Below are positions 18,741 to 27,974 of a stretch of DNA of 64,000 nt, piece by piece; positions within the stretch are counted from its first letter, which is position 1; each line of letters opens with the position of its first letter. Made by a program: the position numbers and the translations under genes. Source of the stretch: a bacterium (lineage in GTDB: Bacteria > UBA8248). Location: contig CBDATS010000004.1 in the NCBI GenBank assembly GCA_965200245.1, forward strand, positions 858,949 to 922,948. The letters are read 5' to 3'. The notes under the pieces are model-generated. The model was not told the origin of the DNA. It was given only the letters and a program-made list of their open reading frames with translations, and did not search any database.

Positions 18741-19970
18741 TCACGCTTCCGCCACTGTGAGGCGAATGAGCTTTTCCACCCCTTCTTGCGTTTCCATCGT
18801 ACGACAGGTTTCGATAATTTCCTGATAACGAATCTCCGGCACGGGCAGACCGGAAGCGATCCCGCCCATGCGCTTCGCCAACTCCTCGAAGCCGAAGATG
18901 AACTCCCGTCCGGTAGCCTGCCTGGTGAAGACGCCGCGTTCTTTCGTATGGATGCTCACCCTGGGAGCGAAAAGGCCCATTTGATGGGAGGGAATGATCC
19001 GCACGCGCTCCATCATCTCGAGCACCTCGGGCGGGTCGTCCTGGCCTGGCGACTCGTTCAGGAGCGGATAACCTCGCTTCACAACACCGAAAGCCGCGTA
19101 GTAGTGCGTGCTCCCCGGCCTCGGCGCGCCGTCCTCGCGACGGTTCGCGAAAGCGGGGCTCGGATACTGCGTCTCCAGCCAGTTCACGATGGTCTCTACG
19201 CGCTCGACCTCTTCAATGCGGATATCGTTCTCCTCACAAAGCATCGCCGTCACTTCGATATGTGAGAGGTTGTAGCCCGAGGTGGAATAGATGCGAAACA
19301 GTGTTTCGAGAAAGAACCACTCCTGCCCAAGACCCTCGGTGATTCTCTCCACACTCGTTCTCGTATCGCCCGTGAAGCTATAAGTCAGACGGCCTGAATT
19401 GTTTCCGGCATAGGCGTGGTAGAAACCGGCTTCTCCCTCGAGCACCGTCTCCCCGCCGACGTGACCCCGCCTGGCGAGTTCCGCCGCCAACAAGGCGTTT
19501 CGCACCGCAGCGCCTTCCCTGAGTGCCTGCCCGCCGCTGCGCGGACCCTCGAGGTTCCCGCTTGCGAGACTCGCGCAGAGCGCGATCGCGCTGTTCATCC
19601 GATCCTCGTCCAGTCCCATAATTTTCCCGGCGGCGACAGCGGCGGGGATGATGCTCGTTCCCGGATGGGTCAGCATACGGAACGTATCCCACTTGCCACC
19701 CGCCAGGGCCATTTCCGCGTTCGCGAAAGCGGCACCTTCTTTCGTCGCCCCCTTTCCACTCACCATGATCGTCGCACCTGCACGAACGCCCGCCTCTTCT
19801 TCAGTGATGAGGGCGACGGCCCTCCGCCCGTCGTCCGTCCGGGAGCCCAAAAGAGCGGAGGAGACGGCTTGCAAAACAACACCCCTGGCGCGGTCGACGA
19901 CACGTGGGGGCATATCTTCAAAGCGAAGCCCCGTCGCCCATCTTGCGAGCCTGCGGCTTAAGGACGGCAT
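18741..19970 (-). CDS. MmgE/PrpD-family protein (2-methylcitrate-dehydratase-like)
   Basis: 409 aa. N-terminal LARWATGLRFEDMPPRVVDRAR is typical of the family. Confidence 0.8.
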   Translation of the reverse strand: MPSLSRRLARWATGLRFEDMPPRVVDRARGVVLQAVSSALLGSRTDDGRRAVALITEEEAGVRAGATIMVSGKGATKEGAAFANAEMALAGGKWDTFRMLTHPGTSIIPAAVAAGKIMGLDEDRMNSAIALCASLASGNLEGPRSGGQALREGAAVRNALLAAELARRGHVGGETVLEGEAGFYHAYAGNNSGRLTYSFTGDTRTSVERITEGLGQEWFFLETLFRIYSTSGYNLSHIEVTAMLCEENDIRIEEVERVETIVNWLETQYPSPAFANRREDGAPRPGSTHYYAAFGVVKRGYPLLNESPGQDDPPEVLEMMERVRIIPSHQMGLFAPRVSIHTKERGVFTRQATGREFIFGFEELAKRMGGIASGLPVPEIRYQEIIETCRTMETQEGVEKLIRLTVAEA

Positions 19971-20717
19971 GGGAACAGCTTTTCCGGAACAAACGGCCCC
20001 ACGGCCTGCTGGTAATTAACGAAGGAGGTGAGCATCGAAAGAACAATCTCTTGAATTCGAGTGAAACCAAATGGATACGGCAATGTAACCGAAACCTGAA
20101 ATTCCCGCAAAGAAACCTCTGTATTTCCACTCTTTCAATGAAATATCCTGGGAATAATCAGGAAAACTGGGCAAACGACTTCCTCAAATACTCTCCATAC
20201 TCACCTTCCGAAAAGCATGGATACCCGATAGCACCGGTATTTATCTCAAAAGGAGAAACGATGAAACGCCTGCCGTGAAACAAATCACAGGGAACCTGCT
20301 TGACGATTTGAAAAACCACAAAAAGGAAATGTAGAAAACAAAATCCACCAGAAGCCGTCTTTGAGTTTGCAGACAAGCATCATGAAATGGTTTCGGATGA
20401 ATTGCCGTATATTGCTGATGAGTGGATGAACCGTGAATCGCAACAAGGATACTCCCGGTCCAATTCATAACCCCATGTTTGCCAATCGAATTGCTCGAAA
20501 GGAAATCAAAAGACTACGGCTATCGCTCCGGTAATTTATTCTCGATTCTTCCAGGTGTATCAAGAACCCGATCTTCGGGAATTGGCCGGAAATACTTCAG
20601 AATCTCTACCAGTGGAAGCCTTCACTTTTTTCTCCCGGACATGATTCGTAACCGGAAGCCTTGAACTGCTTGACGAAACACTTCATTCCCGGCGATCATA
20701 CCCTTGAAGACACTGGC

Positions 20718-20768
20718 AAAAAAGGGGTCGCCTCCCCTTCTCCCCCACGGAGCAGGGGAGGCGACCCC
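20718..20768 (-). terminator. Rho-independent terminator of the large lipoprotein gene
   Basis: Perfect 15-bp stem GGGGTCGCCTCCCCT (20724-20738) / AGGGGAGGCGACCCC (20754-20768). On the minus strand it is followed by TTTTTT (plus-strand A-run 20718-20723). Lies 78 nt past the stop at 20847. Confidence 0.75.
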
Positions 20769-20846
20769 CGACACGGCTGGCCGGGTTACGGGAGGTTCGG
20801 AGGAATCAATTCTTCGCCTTTCCGTATCCGGCCAGTCGCCCTTTAC

Positions 20847-21098
20847 TTACTGCACCAGTTTCGCCCCGAAAGCGCCGATGAAACTCGTTGGGATGACTGT
20901 GGGATCCTTTGGATCTCCACCATCTGTAACACCAAAGGTGCCGGAGGCGGCATCCGGATAAGCATCTTCAGACCCCGGCTCTTTGCCAGAGAAGATGACT
21001 GACCACGAGCCGTTGTAGGCGTACTTGGGAGGAGCGTCGTACGACGTGTACGTGGCATCACCCGTAAATGTTTGCCTATTCTCTAAGTTCTGCTTCAA
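20847..21098 (-). CDS. C-terminal barrel strands of the TbpB-fold lipoprotein, in a different frame from 21125-23119
   Basis: ...FTGDATYTS...GSWSVIFSGK...ASGTFGV...FIGAFGAKLVQ is the canonical end of TbpB/fHbp-type barrels. This frame stays open upstream through 21160. Confidence 0.7.
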   Translation of the reverse strand: MKQNLENRQTFTGDATYTSYDAPPKYAYNGSWSVIFSGKEPGSEDAYPDAASGTFGVTDGGDPKDPTVIPTSFIGAFGAKLVQ

Positions 21099-21124
21099 TA
21101 GCCTTCCCGCCCCGTCGAGCCTCC

Positions 21125-23119
21125 TTATCGGGGCTTTTGCAGGGTTATGTCCATATCCATGGATTCACCGCCTGCCACGATGTTGCTTATGTTCCCACTA
21201 ATGCTTCCAATGTCCCCATTCTGATTTCCCACCCCCACCTCAGGAGCATCACCGAAATCAGCCTCCAAGGCCGCCGTCGCGTTGAAGAAATCCACACTCT
21301 CGCCACTCGTGTACAAGCCGGTAGCGGGCCCCGTATACGTCGCCTTGCCTTCAAGCACCCGAAGTTGAGATACCCTAAGCCTGCCGGTTTCTCCCGACTC
21401 AGTATATAGTCTCCTTGCTCCAAAGGTGCCGATTCTTGTGTAATTACCATTGGCATTTTGGAGCACCCAGACGCCAAATGCCAGATAATCGGTGTCTACT
21501 TTGGTCACTGCATTAATGGCATTACGCCAGAATTCGTACCCTATGGCCACCGTGACTTTCCCATCCGTCTTGGCATAATCACAACCATCTTTTTCGATAC
21601 AGGTGAATGTTCCCGATACTGGCTCGTACATCGTACCCGCACCGTCCTGGTCATACTTACCCGTGAATGTGGTGCCTTGTGCCATGTTGTCATTGGTAGG
21701 CGGCTCGGCTTCTGAAATCATACCGCTATCGGTAACAGGCACGGCGAGGAAAGTCTGCGCTTTAACTTTTTGGGATTGTTCGATATCTGTATAGACATGG
21801 GCATGCAAGGTGGTTCCCTCATCGGTCTTCTTCACCAATTCATAGCCCATGAATTCGCCATCGCCACCCAAGGGTGGGAGCTCGGTATGAGTAGCCATGG
21901 GTGCCTTGCCCATATCGACCTCAAAATCCATCTCGTCGATATGCAACGAGGATAGACCGAAACCAGCCTTCAAGGCAAATTTTCGCTTGGCGGGGATTGT
22001 TGCACCTGTTTTATCATCCGACGAATCCACATCGTAGGTCACTCTGACTACTGTAGGCATACCATCAGCAAACGGATGCCTCATCAACTCACCACTTGCA
22101 TCTCGACGAGGAGAATCATAAACAATACGAGTAGAATTCTCTGGTGTCATGGCTGCTGTTTTCGCAATCGTCGCCACTTGCTTCACACTCATCCCATCCT
22201 TGTTCGCCGCCATGAACAATCCATAGACATGCTCACTCGCCGCGGCCATCGCATCTTCTTCATACATCATGGCGTTGTCCTTGGCTTGTTCGGCAGCCGC
22301 CTGCGCATTTTCTGCCTTCATCTGGGCCGCCACGACCTCTGCTATCGTCGTCGCCGCATCAAGATCCCTCTCAGCTTGTTCCGCCATCGCAACCGCATCC
22401 GCAGCATCAGTCGCCGCCTTTGCTGCATTCATCGCCGCTTCGCTCGCGTCCTTGTAGTTCGTCCGCGCGGCCATGGCTTTGTTCTCGTACATCGTGGCTT
22501 CACCGCTGTGGCCGTCCGCTCCCATCTGTGCGGTCTCCGCCGCCATCTTCGCTACGCTTATCCGCGGGCGGGCGCTATCTCTTGCAGTAACCAAGGCATG
22601 ATGAGCCACAATCGTGGAGACAACCGCCGCCTGCGCATTTTCCGCAGCCATTTGCGCTGCCATGGCATTGGCTTGCTCCGCAACCGCCGTGTCACGCGCC
22701 GCATTGGCTGTGGCCAGTTCTGTCTGCGCAGCCGCTACGTCGTCCGTCGCCATCGCCGCACCAGACGCAGCCATCGCGGTCATATACGCTGCGTTGGCAT
22801 CGTCCGCCGCCATCTGCGCGTCCGCATCCATCCTGAGTTGCGCCGTCGCCTCATCTGACGGTATCAAGGCAGCCGCGGCTATTGCTGCCATGTGCGCCTC
22901 GCCGGCTGCATCCGCCGCTATCTTCGCCGCGTCCGCCGCAGCCCGTGCCATCTCCTGGGCCGAGAGCAACGCCGGATCCGGAGCAACCGGGGCTGGGTCA
23001 CTGCTGCTACTGCCACCGCCACACCCGGCCAGAATGACTGCAAGCAACAAAGCAAGGGCGAATGTGTGAAACTTTCTAGTTGATGATACGAGGTGGGTAA
23101 CAAACGGACACTTCTTCAC
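21125..23119 (-). CDS. Surface-lipoprotein-like protein: lipobox, Ala-rich coiled-coil stalk, TbpB-fold handle/barrel (truncated by frameshift)
   Basis: GTG start behind AAGGGAGGAAG. Signal plus lipobox LLAVILAGCGGG. About 270 aa Ala-rich with repeated AAQM(A/K)AENAQAA. C-terminus GKATYTGPATGLYT...ALEADFG...ISGNISNIV. Confidence 0.85.
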   Translation of the reverse strand: MKKCPFVTHLVSSTRKFHTFALALLLAVILAGCGGGSSSSDPAPVAPDPALLSAQEMARAAADAAKIAADAAGEAHMAAIAAAALIPSDEATAQLRMDADAQMAADDANAAYMTAMAASGAAMATDDVAAAQTELATANAARDTAVAEQANAMAAQMAAENAQAAVVSTIVAHHALVTARDSARPRISVAKMAAETAQMGADGHSGEATMYENKAMAARTNYKDASEAAMNAAKAATDAADAVAMAEQAERDLDAATTIAEVVAAQMKAENAQAAAEQAKDNAMMYEEDAMAAASEHVYGLFMAANKDGMSVKQVATIAKTAAMTPENSTRIVYDSPRRDASGELMRHPFADGMPTVVRVTYDVDSSDDKTGATIPAKRKFALKAGFGLSSLHIDEMDFEVDMGKAPMATHTELPPLGGDGEFMGYELVKKTDEGTTLHAHVYTDIEQSQKVKAQTFLAVPVTDSGMISEAEPPTNDNMAQGTTFTGKYDQDGAGTMYEPVSGTFTCIEKDGCDYAKTDGKVTVAIGYEFWRNAINAVTKVDTDYLAFGVWVLQNANGNYTRIGTFGARRLYTESGETGRLRVSQLRVLEGKATYTGPATGLYTSGESVDFFNATAALEADFGDAPEVGVGNQNGDIGSISGNISNIVAGGESMDMDITLQKPR

Positions 23120-23636
23120 ATTTACTTCCTCCCTTTACAACGGTGACAGAATGCCGATGACATAATCCCCAACCTTCCGACTAGGCCGGGCCGTGTCACC
23201 ATCACAAAGGGAAGTGAAGTCTCACTTATTCGCCTCAACTTGGGGAGCTACCCCACGTCGGATACACTGGCTATTGTATTCAGAGAGCGACCCGACATGA
23301 GCAATCGGGACACCCTTTGCAATGATGACAAGAGGAATACTGAACAAACCAACGGAGTTTGTCAAGATGGTCCAGAAAAAAAAGGACACGGGTTACACCA
23401 CCAATTCCTGGTCGACTCATTTACCTTTCCGGCAAATGCCTCTCATTGCCCACTGAAACTTCGGGCCATCTTTTTTTTCTTTTTTGCGATACGAAACTTT
23501 CGCTCCAGGTATTTCCCGGAAGGCGGGAATCTTCTCCGTTACTTCGTTGATTGCACAGGCAGTAAAACCTCATCGTCTCGTCCGGTTCATCTTCATTCAG
23601 GGTCATCCTTCTCCACGAGGTTATCTCCTGGACAAT

Positions 23637-24388
23637 TCATTTCCTGAATGTGATCCTCTTGACCACCATGGCCATACACAGAGAGGCAAACCTATCTTCT
23701 ATATCAATCTCGCAATTGCCTTCGTTCAAACGGAAGGTGAACTCGTCTGCATCAACTCGTCAGTTTTTCCGGCTTCAGTTGTGGCAGGTGCCTCGTATCT
23801 CCGCTTCAGGGCAGCCCACACACTTCCCACGCCATTCATGCGGGCCATTCCGTTTAACAGATCCCTGGCAGGGTGTTTTACGGATTTGCGCTTGTATTCC
23901 CCACAATACGTATCGCCAGGATGGGCATGTCCTTGGTTCTCATCACTAGAAAACATGGAACCGGGTTCGACATTCTCTCTCATGGATTTTTCAAAATATC
24001 GCTTTGCCGTCTTTCAATGACCATCGCCTTCACCCTGCCTTTCTCTCTCCGTCATGCAGGGACGGGAACCTTCCCCTTGGCATCTCCCTGATCCTTGCTT
24101 GTGTTCCTGTGCCAGTTCTTCTCGACTCCACCGGGGACAGGTTTCATCTACTTCCAATGCCCCTTTCAACGCCTCCATTTTTTGTCTGCAAGCCGGTCCG
24201 GAATCCATGATGCAGATTGTGATACAGAAAGCTCCTTGCCGGATCGATAGTTGCCAACACCTTTTCTGGCGCTCACAGGAATACATGCGACCGGAATCCA
24301 GGAACTCGGTGTGGTGCAACCTTTCCGTATTCATAATGGGGTATCTCCAAAGGCAGTAAAATACTTCCGGTAATCTCCGCACCGGCAA
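23637..24388 (-). pseudogene. Decayed IS1595-family (ISXO2-like) transposase
   Basis: Minus-strand fragments in three frames. First: ACRQKMEALKGALEVDETCPRWS (degenerate zinc-ribbon). Second, after an in-frame TGA: GEYKRKSVKH...MARMNGVGSVWAALKRRYE. Third, after a frame switch: VDADEFTFRLNEGNCEIDIEDRFASLCMAMVVKRITFRK with stop at 23637-23639. These match the conserved C-terminal blocks of IS1595 transposases. Confidence 0.55.
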
Positions 24389-24800
24389 CTACCGGGGGGT
24401 TTTTTCTGTCTGGTGATCTCTTGAAAAAATCGCAACGAACGCAGACGGGAGTTTCCCGCACCTCGATCCTTCAAAATCCTTCCTTGCCTTATGGCCTGTA
24501 GAGTAATGTAACTCCAAAATTCCGGTGGTCTTGTCATTCCCGATATCTTGCTTACGGGTTTGTAAATGACCAATCGCCTTTTGTAGAATCCTTCGGGGAT
24601 GCATCGTATATAATGGTCAAGGGACGGAGCGTGACTTGCTTTGAACGAGATCGGCAGGTTCGGTGCTTGAGACTCGTTTCAGTCCGCCGTTTCCTTTCCG
24701 GGCGGTGTGCGCCGATATGAAAACACATCGCCTTGGCAAAGGCGGTCCGAAACGGTAAATCCGATAGACCACCGGAACGAGTGAATATAAGGAGAGACAG

Positions 24801-25682
24801 ATGAGACGCAACACAACCACTTTGATTGCGATAGCCATGTTGTTCCTTCTTGCCGGGTGTGGAGGCGGGGGACAGGGAAACACTGCGTCGATGGGTACCG
24901 GTGCCGTACCGACAGCGGGACAAGTCAAGGACGATACGGTTGCAAGAGTGGAATCCGCCACCACGGTGCTCGCAAGTGATCAGCACGTGTTTCGCTTCGA
25001 TGGGGAATCCTCGCGCACCTTCACGAAGTGCGAAGGCGCGGTATGCGGCATAAGCACGACTCCCGAGGGTCTGGATGGCGGATTGGCACGTGCTTTCGGC
25101 GACCCCACCAGATTTGACTTCGGAAGCAAACATTTCGCCGCTCGTCTGAAGGATTCCCTGACGCTCAAGCCACATATTGAAACCATCCGTGGCGTCCAAC
25201 TCGTGGAAGGCTTCGGCCTGCGCACCGGTGAAAGGGCATTCAGTGCAAGATTCTATGGTGGCTGGCTCGATGAGGGCGCTTTCTTCGTCAACCGGACAAC
25301 CCTGACGATCCGGAACGAGCGAGGCATGCCCATCGGGCTTGGCGATGTCTTCGATTCCAGCGCCCTCGGTATGGCGAGCACTACGGCGCCGATGACCCGA
25401 CAGGATATGTCCGCCACATGGGAAGGGGTGATGCTCGGTGTGGACGTGAGCGACAACGTGACCCGCGGCCAGTTCGTGCGAGGCGATGTAACGATCGATA
25501 TCCACGACCTCACCAATCCGGATGTCGACGTCACTTTCGACAATCTGCAGGATCATGAAACCGGCGCCAGTCTGGACGGCAGGAACATCTCGCCTTGGGA
25601 GAACGTTCCGATCCAGGGCGGTGCATTCGGGGAAAAACCGACCGGCAGCAATGACTACATTCAGGGGCACTTCGTTGGTTAG
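24801..25682 (+). CDS. TbpB-fold lipoprotein, interrupted by in-frame TAG (frame continues to 25763)
   Basis: AAGGAGAG RBS. Signal plus lipobox MLFLLAGCGGGG. C-terminal barrel pattern ATWEGVMLGVD...GDVTIDIHDL..VDVTFDNL...IQGHFVG, then TAG. Confidence 0.85.
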   Translation: MRRNTTTLIAIAMLFLLAGCGGGGQGNTASMGTGAVPTAGQVKDDTVARVESATTVLASDQHVFRFDGESSRTFTKCEGAVCGISTTPEGLDGGLARAFGDPTRFDFGSKHFAARLKDSLTLKPHIETIRGVQLVEGFGLRTGERAFSARFYGGWLDEGAFFVNRTTLTIRNERGMPIGLGDVFDSSALGMASTTAPMTRQDMSATWEGVMLGVDVSDNVTRGQFVRGDVTIDIHDLTNPDVDVTFDNLQDHETGASLDGRNISPWENVPIQGGAFGEKPTGSNDYIQGHFVG

Positions 25683-25803
25683 GGCCATACCGGCGCCGTG
25701 GGCGTCTTCGAGCGCGGCGAAATCGTAAGTTCCTTCGGCGCGAACAGACAGCGGGTCGAATAGACTTCACCTTTGGTGATCGCGAAACGCACTCTTCCTT
25801 CCG

Positions 25804-26661
25804 CTAGAACTTCCTGAGCGGCGTCGCCTCCCGGCCGAAGAGTGCGGTTCTTGCAATGTTCCGGATTTCGAAATGTGATTTACGAAGCGTCTCGGGCGAA
25901 TCCGCCAGCCAGCGGACAAACGCGCCCGGGCCTGTGAGCCGTGAACATCCGCCTGCAAGGCCGGAAGTTTCGGCCAGCATGGAATCGACCTGTTCTGTAA
26001 TGCGGTTCAACTCTTCGTCCTTGCCGCCTGCCATGTAGAAAGAGCCCAGGTAGGGATAAGGTTCGAACAGGCCGAGGCGCTCGGGGTCGGAATCTCCCGG
26101 TCTTACCTTCATCACGTCGCGCAAGAGCGGCGCGCCCGCATAGTCGATATGCAGACTCGACATCAAGGAAGAGTAATCAAAATGCTCGCCCGAGGCGACG
26201 CGGCCATGATAGAGCGATTCCCCGTAGAGAAGCCGCGCGCCTTCTGCCATGGAGATTCTCGTCTCCTGCGCGTAGATGGAATCGGCATAGGGGATGACCG
26301 GGTCGGGCAGAAGTTCCAGACCACTCCCCTTGGCCATCTCGATTTGCGTGGTCGACACCACCGGCTCGCCCAAACTCTTGTATACCTTGGTCGCCCCCTG
26401 CGTCGTCCACACGACACGCGCGCCCTCATCGAGCGCGAGTTCAAGTTCCAGCAGGTCGCCGCCCACGTGCCCGCCCGTGGGGTTGATGAGCGTCATGTGG
26501 GCAAATGCCTCTCCCTCGGGGTAGAGGGGGCGTATCACCTGAAGCGGCACGCGAAAGAACGAATCCGCGAGATACGTTCGTCCGCTCGTGCTCGCGAACC
26601 GCGCGAGCGCGACGCCGTGGCGTCCCACACGGGAAGGGGCAGTGGCGATTGCGAGCGGCAT
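25804..26661 (-). CDS. ureD: Urease accessory protein UreD/UreH
   Basis: 285 aa, last gene of the ure cluster. Its start overlaps the ureG stop (ATGA). Confidence 0.88.
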   Translation of the reverse strand: MPLAIATAPSRVGRHGVALARFASTSGRTYLADSFFRVPLQVIRPLYPEGEAFAHMTLINPTGGHVGGDLLELELALDEGARVVWTTQGATKVYKSLGEPVVSTTQIEMAKGSGLELLPDPVIPYADSIYAQETRISMAEGARLLYGESLYHGRVASGEHFDYSSLMSSLHIDYAGAPLLRDVMKVRPGDSDPERLGLFEPYPYLGSFYMAGGKDEELNRITEQVDSMLAETSGLAGGCSRLTGPGAFVRWLADSPETLRKSHFEIRNIARTALFGREATPLRKF

Positions 26662-27275
26662 CAGGCCTCCACGAAGAGGAGTTCGCGCTCGATCCAGCCA
26701 ATCACCTCATCGAGGCCCTGTTCCGCTTTCAGGTTCGTGAACAGAAACGGGCGCTCGCCGCGCATCTTGCGGGCGTCGCGATCCATGACTTCGAGACTCG
26801 CGTCCACGAGAGGGGCCAGATCTATTTTGTTGATCAGCAAAAGTTCGGAGCGCGTGATGCCGGGGCCGCCCTTTCGGGGAATCTTGTCCCCCGCCGACAC
26901 GTCGATGACGTAGATCGAGGCGTCCACCAGTTCGGGACTGAATGTGGCGGCGAGGTTGTCGCCGCCGCTTTCCACGAAAATAATGTCCAGCGGATCGAAA
27001 TCGCGCGCGAGGATTTCCATGGCTTCGCGGTTCAGGGATATGTCCTCGCGAATGGCCGTGTGCGGACATCCGCCCGTCTCCACACCGGAGATGCGCTCGG
27101 GCGCGAGCGCACCGCTCCTAGTGAGGAACTCGGCATCCTCTTTCGTGTAGATGTCGTTCGTCACGACAGCGATGGCGTACCGATCACGCATCCGCTTGCA
27201 CAACCTGTCCACCAGGGCGGTCTTGCCGGAACCGACCGGCCCGCCCACGCCTATCTTTACGGGCGACCTGTTCAT
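26661..27275 (-). CDS. ureG: Urease accessory GTPase UreG
   Basis: P-loop GGPVGSGKT and CPHTAIRED motif, 204 aa. Confidence 0.97.
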   Translation of the reverse strand: MNRSPVKIGVGGPVGSGKTALVDRLCKRMRDRYAIAVVTNDIYTKEDAEFLTRSGALAPERISGVETGGCPHTAIREDISLNREAMEILARDFDPLDIIFVESGGDNLAATFSPELVDASIYVIDVSAGDKIPRKGGPGITRSELLLINKIDLAPLVDASLEVMDRDARKMRGERPFLFTNLKAEQGLDEVIGWIERELLFVEA

Positions 27276-27290
27276 CTTTCTTCCTCCTCT

Positions 27291-27971
27291 TCAAGAAACA
27301 AACAAGCGCGTGTGCAGCCTCCGGTGTGTCATGGCCCGTATCTCGTGTCCCGGCCCCCAGGAATGCGCGTCTTCCAGTGAAAGCGCGGTTGCGGTCTTGA
27401 CCGCCTCGCGCACCATGTCTTCTGCGTTCGAGATGACGCGCTGTCCCTCGGTTTGTCCGAGCGGAACCAGCCGAACGGCGGCGGAGACCAGACCTGACAC
27501 CACGCCGTAGCAAAGCGATTCGAGCATCTCCTCGCAACCAAGTCCCAAGGATTCGGCGACGCAACCGAGTACTATCGGGTAGTGGCCTGAAGTTCGCTCC
27601 AGCCTTGCCTCCTCTTCCAGTTCGTCCAGAAAAGGATCCTCGATAAAACCCCGCGCCGATCTCAGGAACTGACGCCCCACACTCCTGCTCGCATCGCGCA
27701 ATGATTTGACGAGCCGTGCTGCGTCGTAGGCGGCGTCGAGCGTGAGGACTTTCGGCAGGTCGTCCTCTCCTTTCGCCAGAAAAGCCTCGCGCAGGTAGAC
27801 GCCGTCGAGCGTCGCCACGCTGTGGTGCAGTACGGAAGCGATGAACTCTTCAAGCTCTCCGGCGGAGGCGATGCGTCCTTCCGTCACGTAGGTCTCGAGC
27901 CCGTAGGAGTGGGCAAAGGCACCGCGCGGAAACGCCGAATCCGAAATCTGCAGGAGTCTGTAGATGTTCAT
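27291..27971 (-). CDS. ureF: Urease accessory protein UreF
   Basis: 226 aa. N-terminal LLQISDSAFPRGAFAHSYGLE is typical of UreF. Confidence 0.9.
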   Translation of the reverse strand: MNIYRLLQISDSAFPRGAFAHSYGLETYVTEGRIASAGELEEFIASVLHHSVATLDGVYLREAFLAKGEDDLPKVLTLDAAYDAARLVKSLRDASRSVGRQFLRSARGFIEDPFLDELEEEARLERTSGHYPIVLGCVAESLGLGCEEMLESLCYGVVSGLVSAAVRLVPLGQTEGQRVISNAEDMVREAVKTATALSLEDAHSWGPGHEIRAMTHRRLHTRLFVS

Positions 27972-27974
27972 CTT

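Noticed and set aside
21096-21140. Programmed ribosomal frameshift joining the two lipoprotein ORFs.
   Set aside because: There is no slippery heptamer (X XXY YYZ) or downstream pseudoknot-like structure at the junction. A short G-run indel is the simpler explanation.
25680-25682. Global reassignment of TAG to a sense codon, or pyrrolysine decoding.
   Set aside because: TAG is the apparent genuine terminator of many well-delimited genes here (tctC, tctA, MetE-like, hsp20, ureD, amidase, EamA, OsmC, CoA-transferase). No methylamine methyltransferase or pyl gene is in the window. Only context-specific read-through or mutation/error remains possible.
24552-25688. 378-aa minus-strand ORF opposite the small TbpB-fold lipoprotein.
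   Set aside because: The plus-strand gene has an RBS, signal peptide, lipobox and conserved barrel signature. The antisense ORF has none of these.
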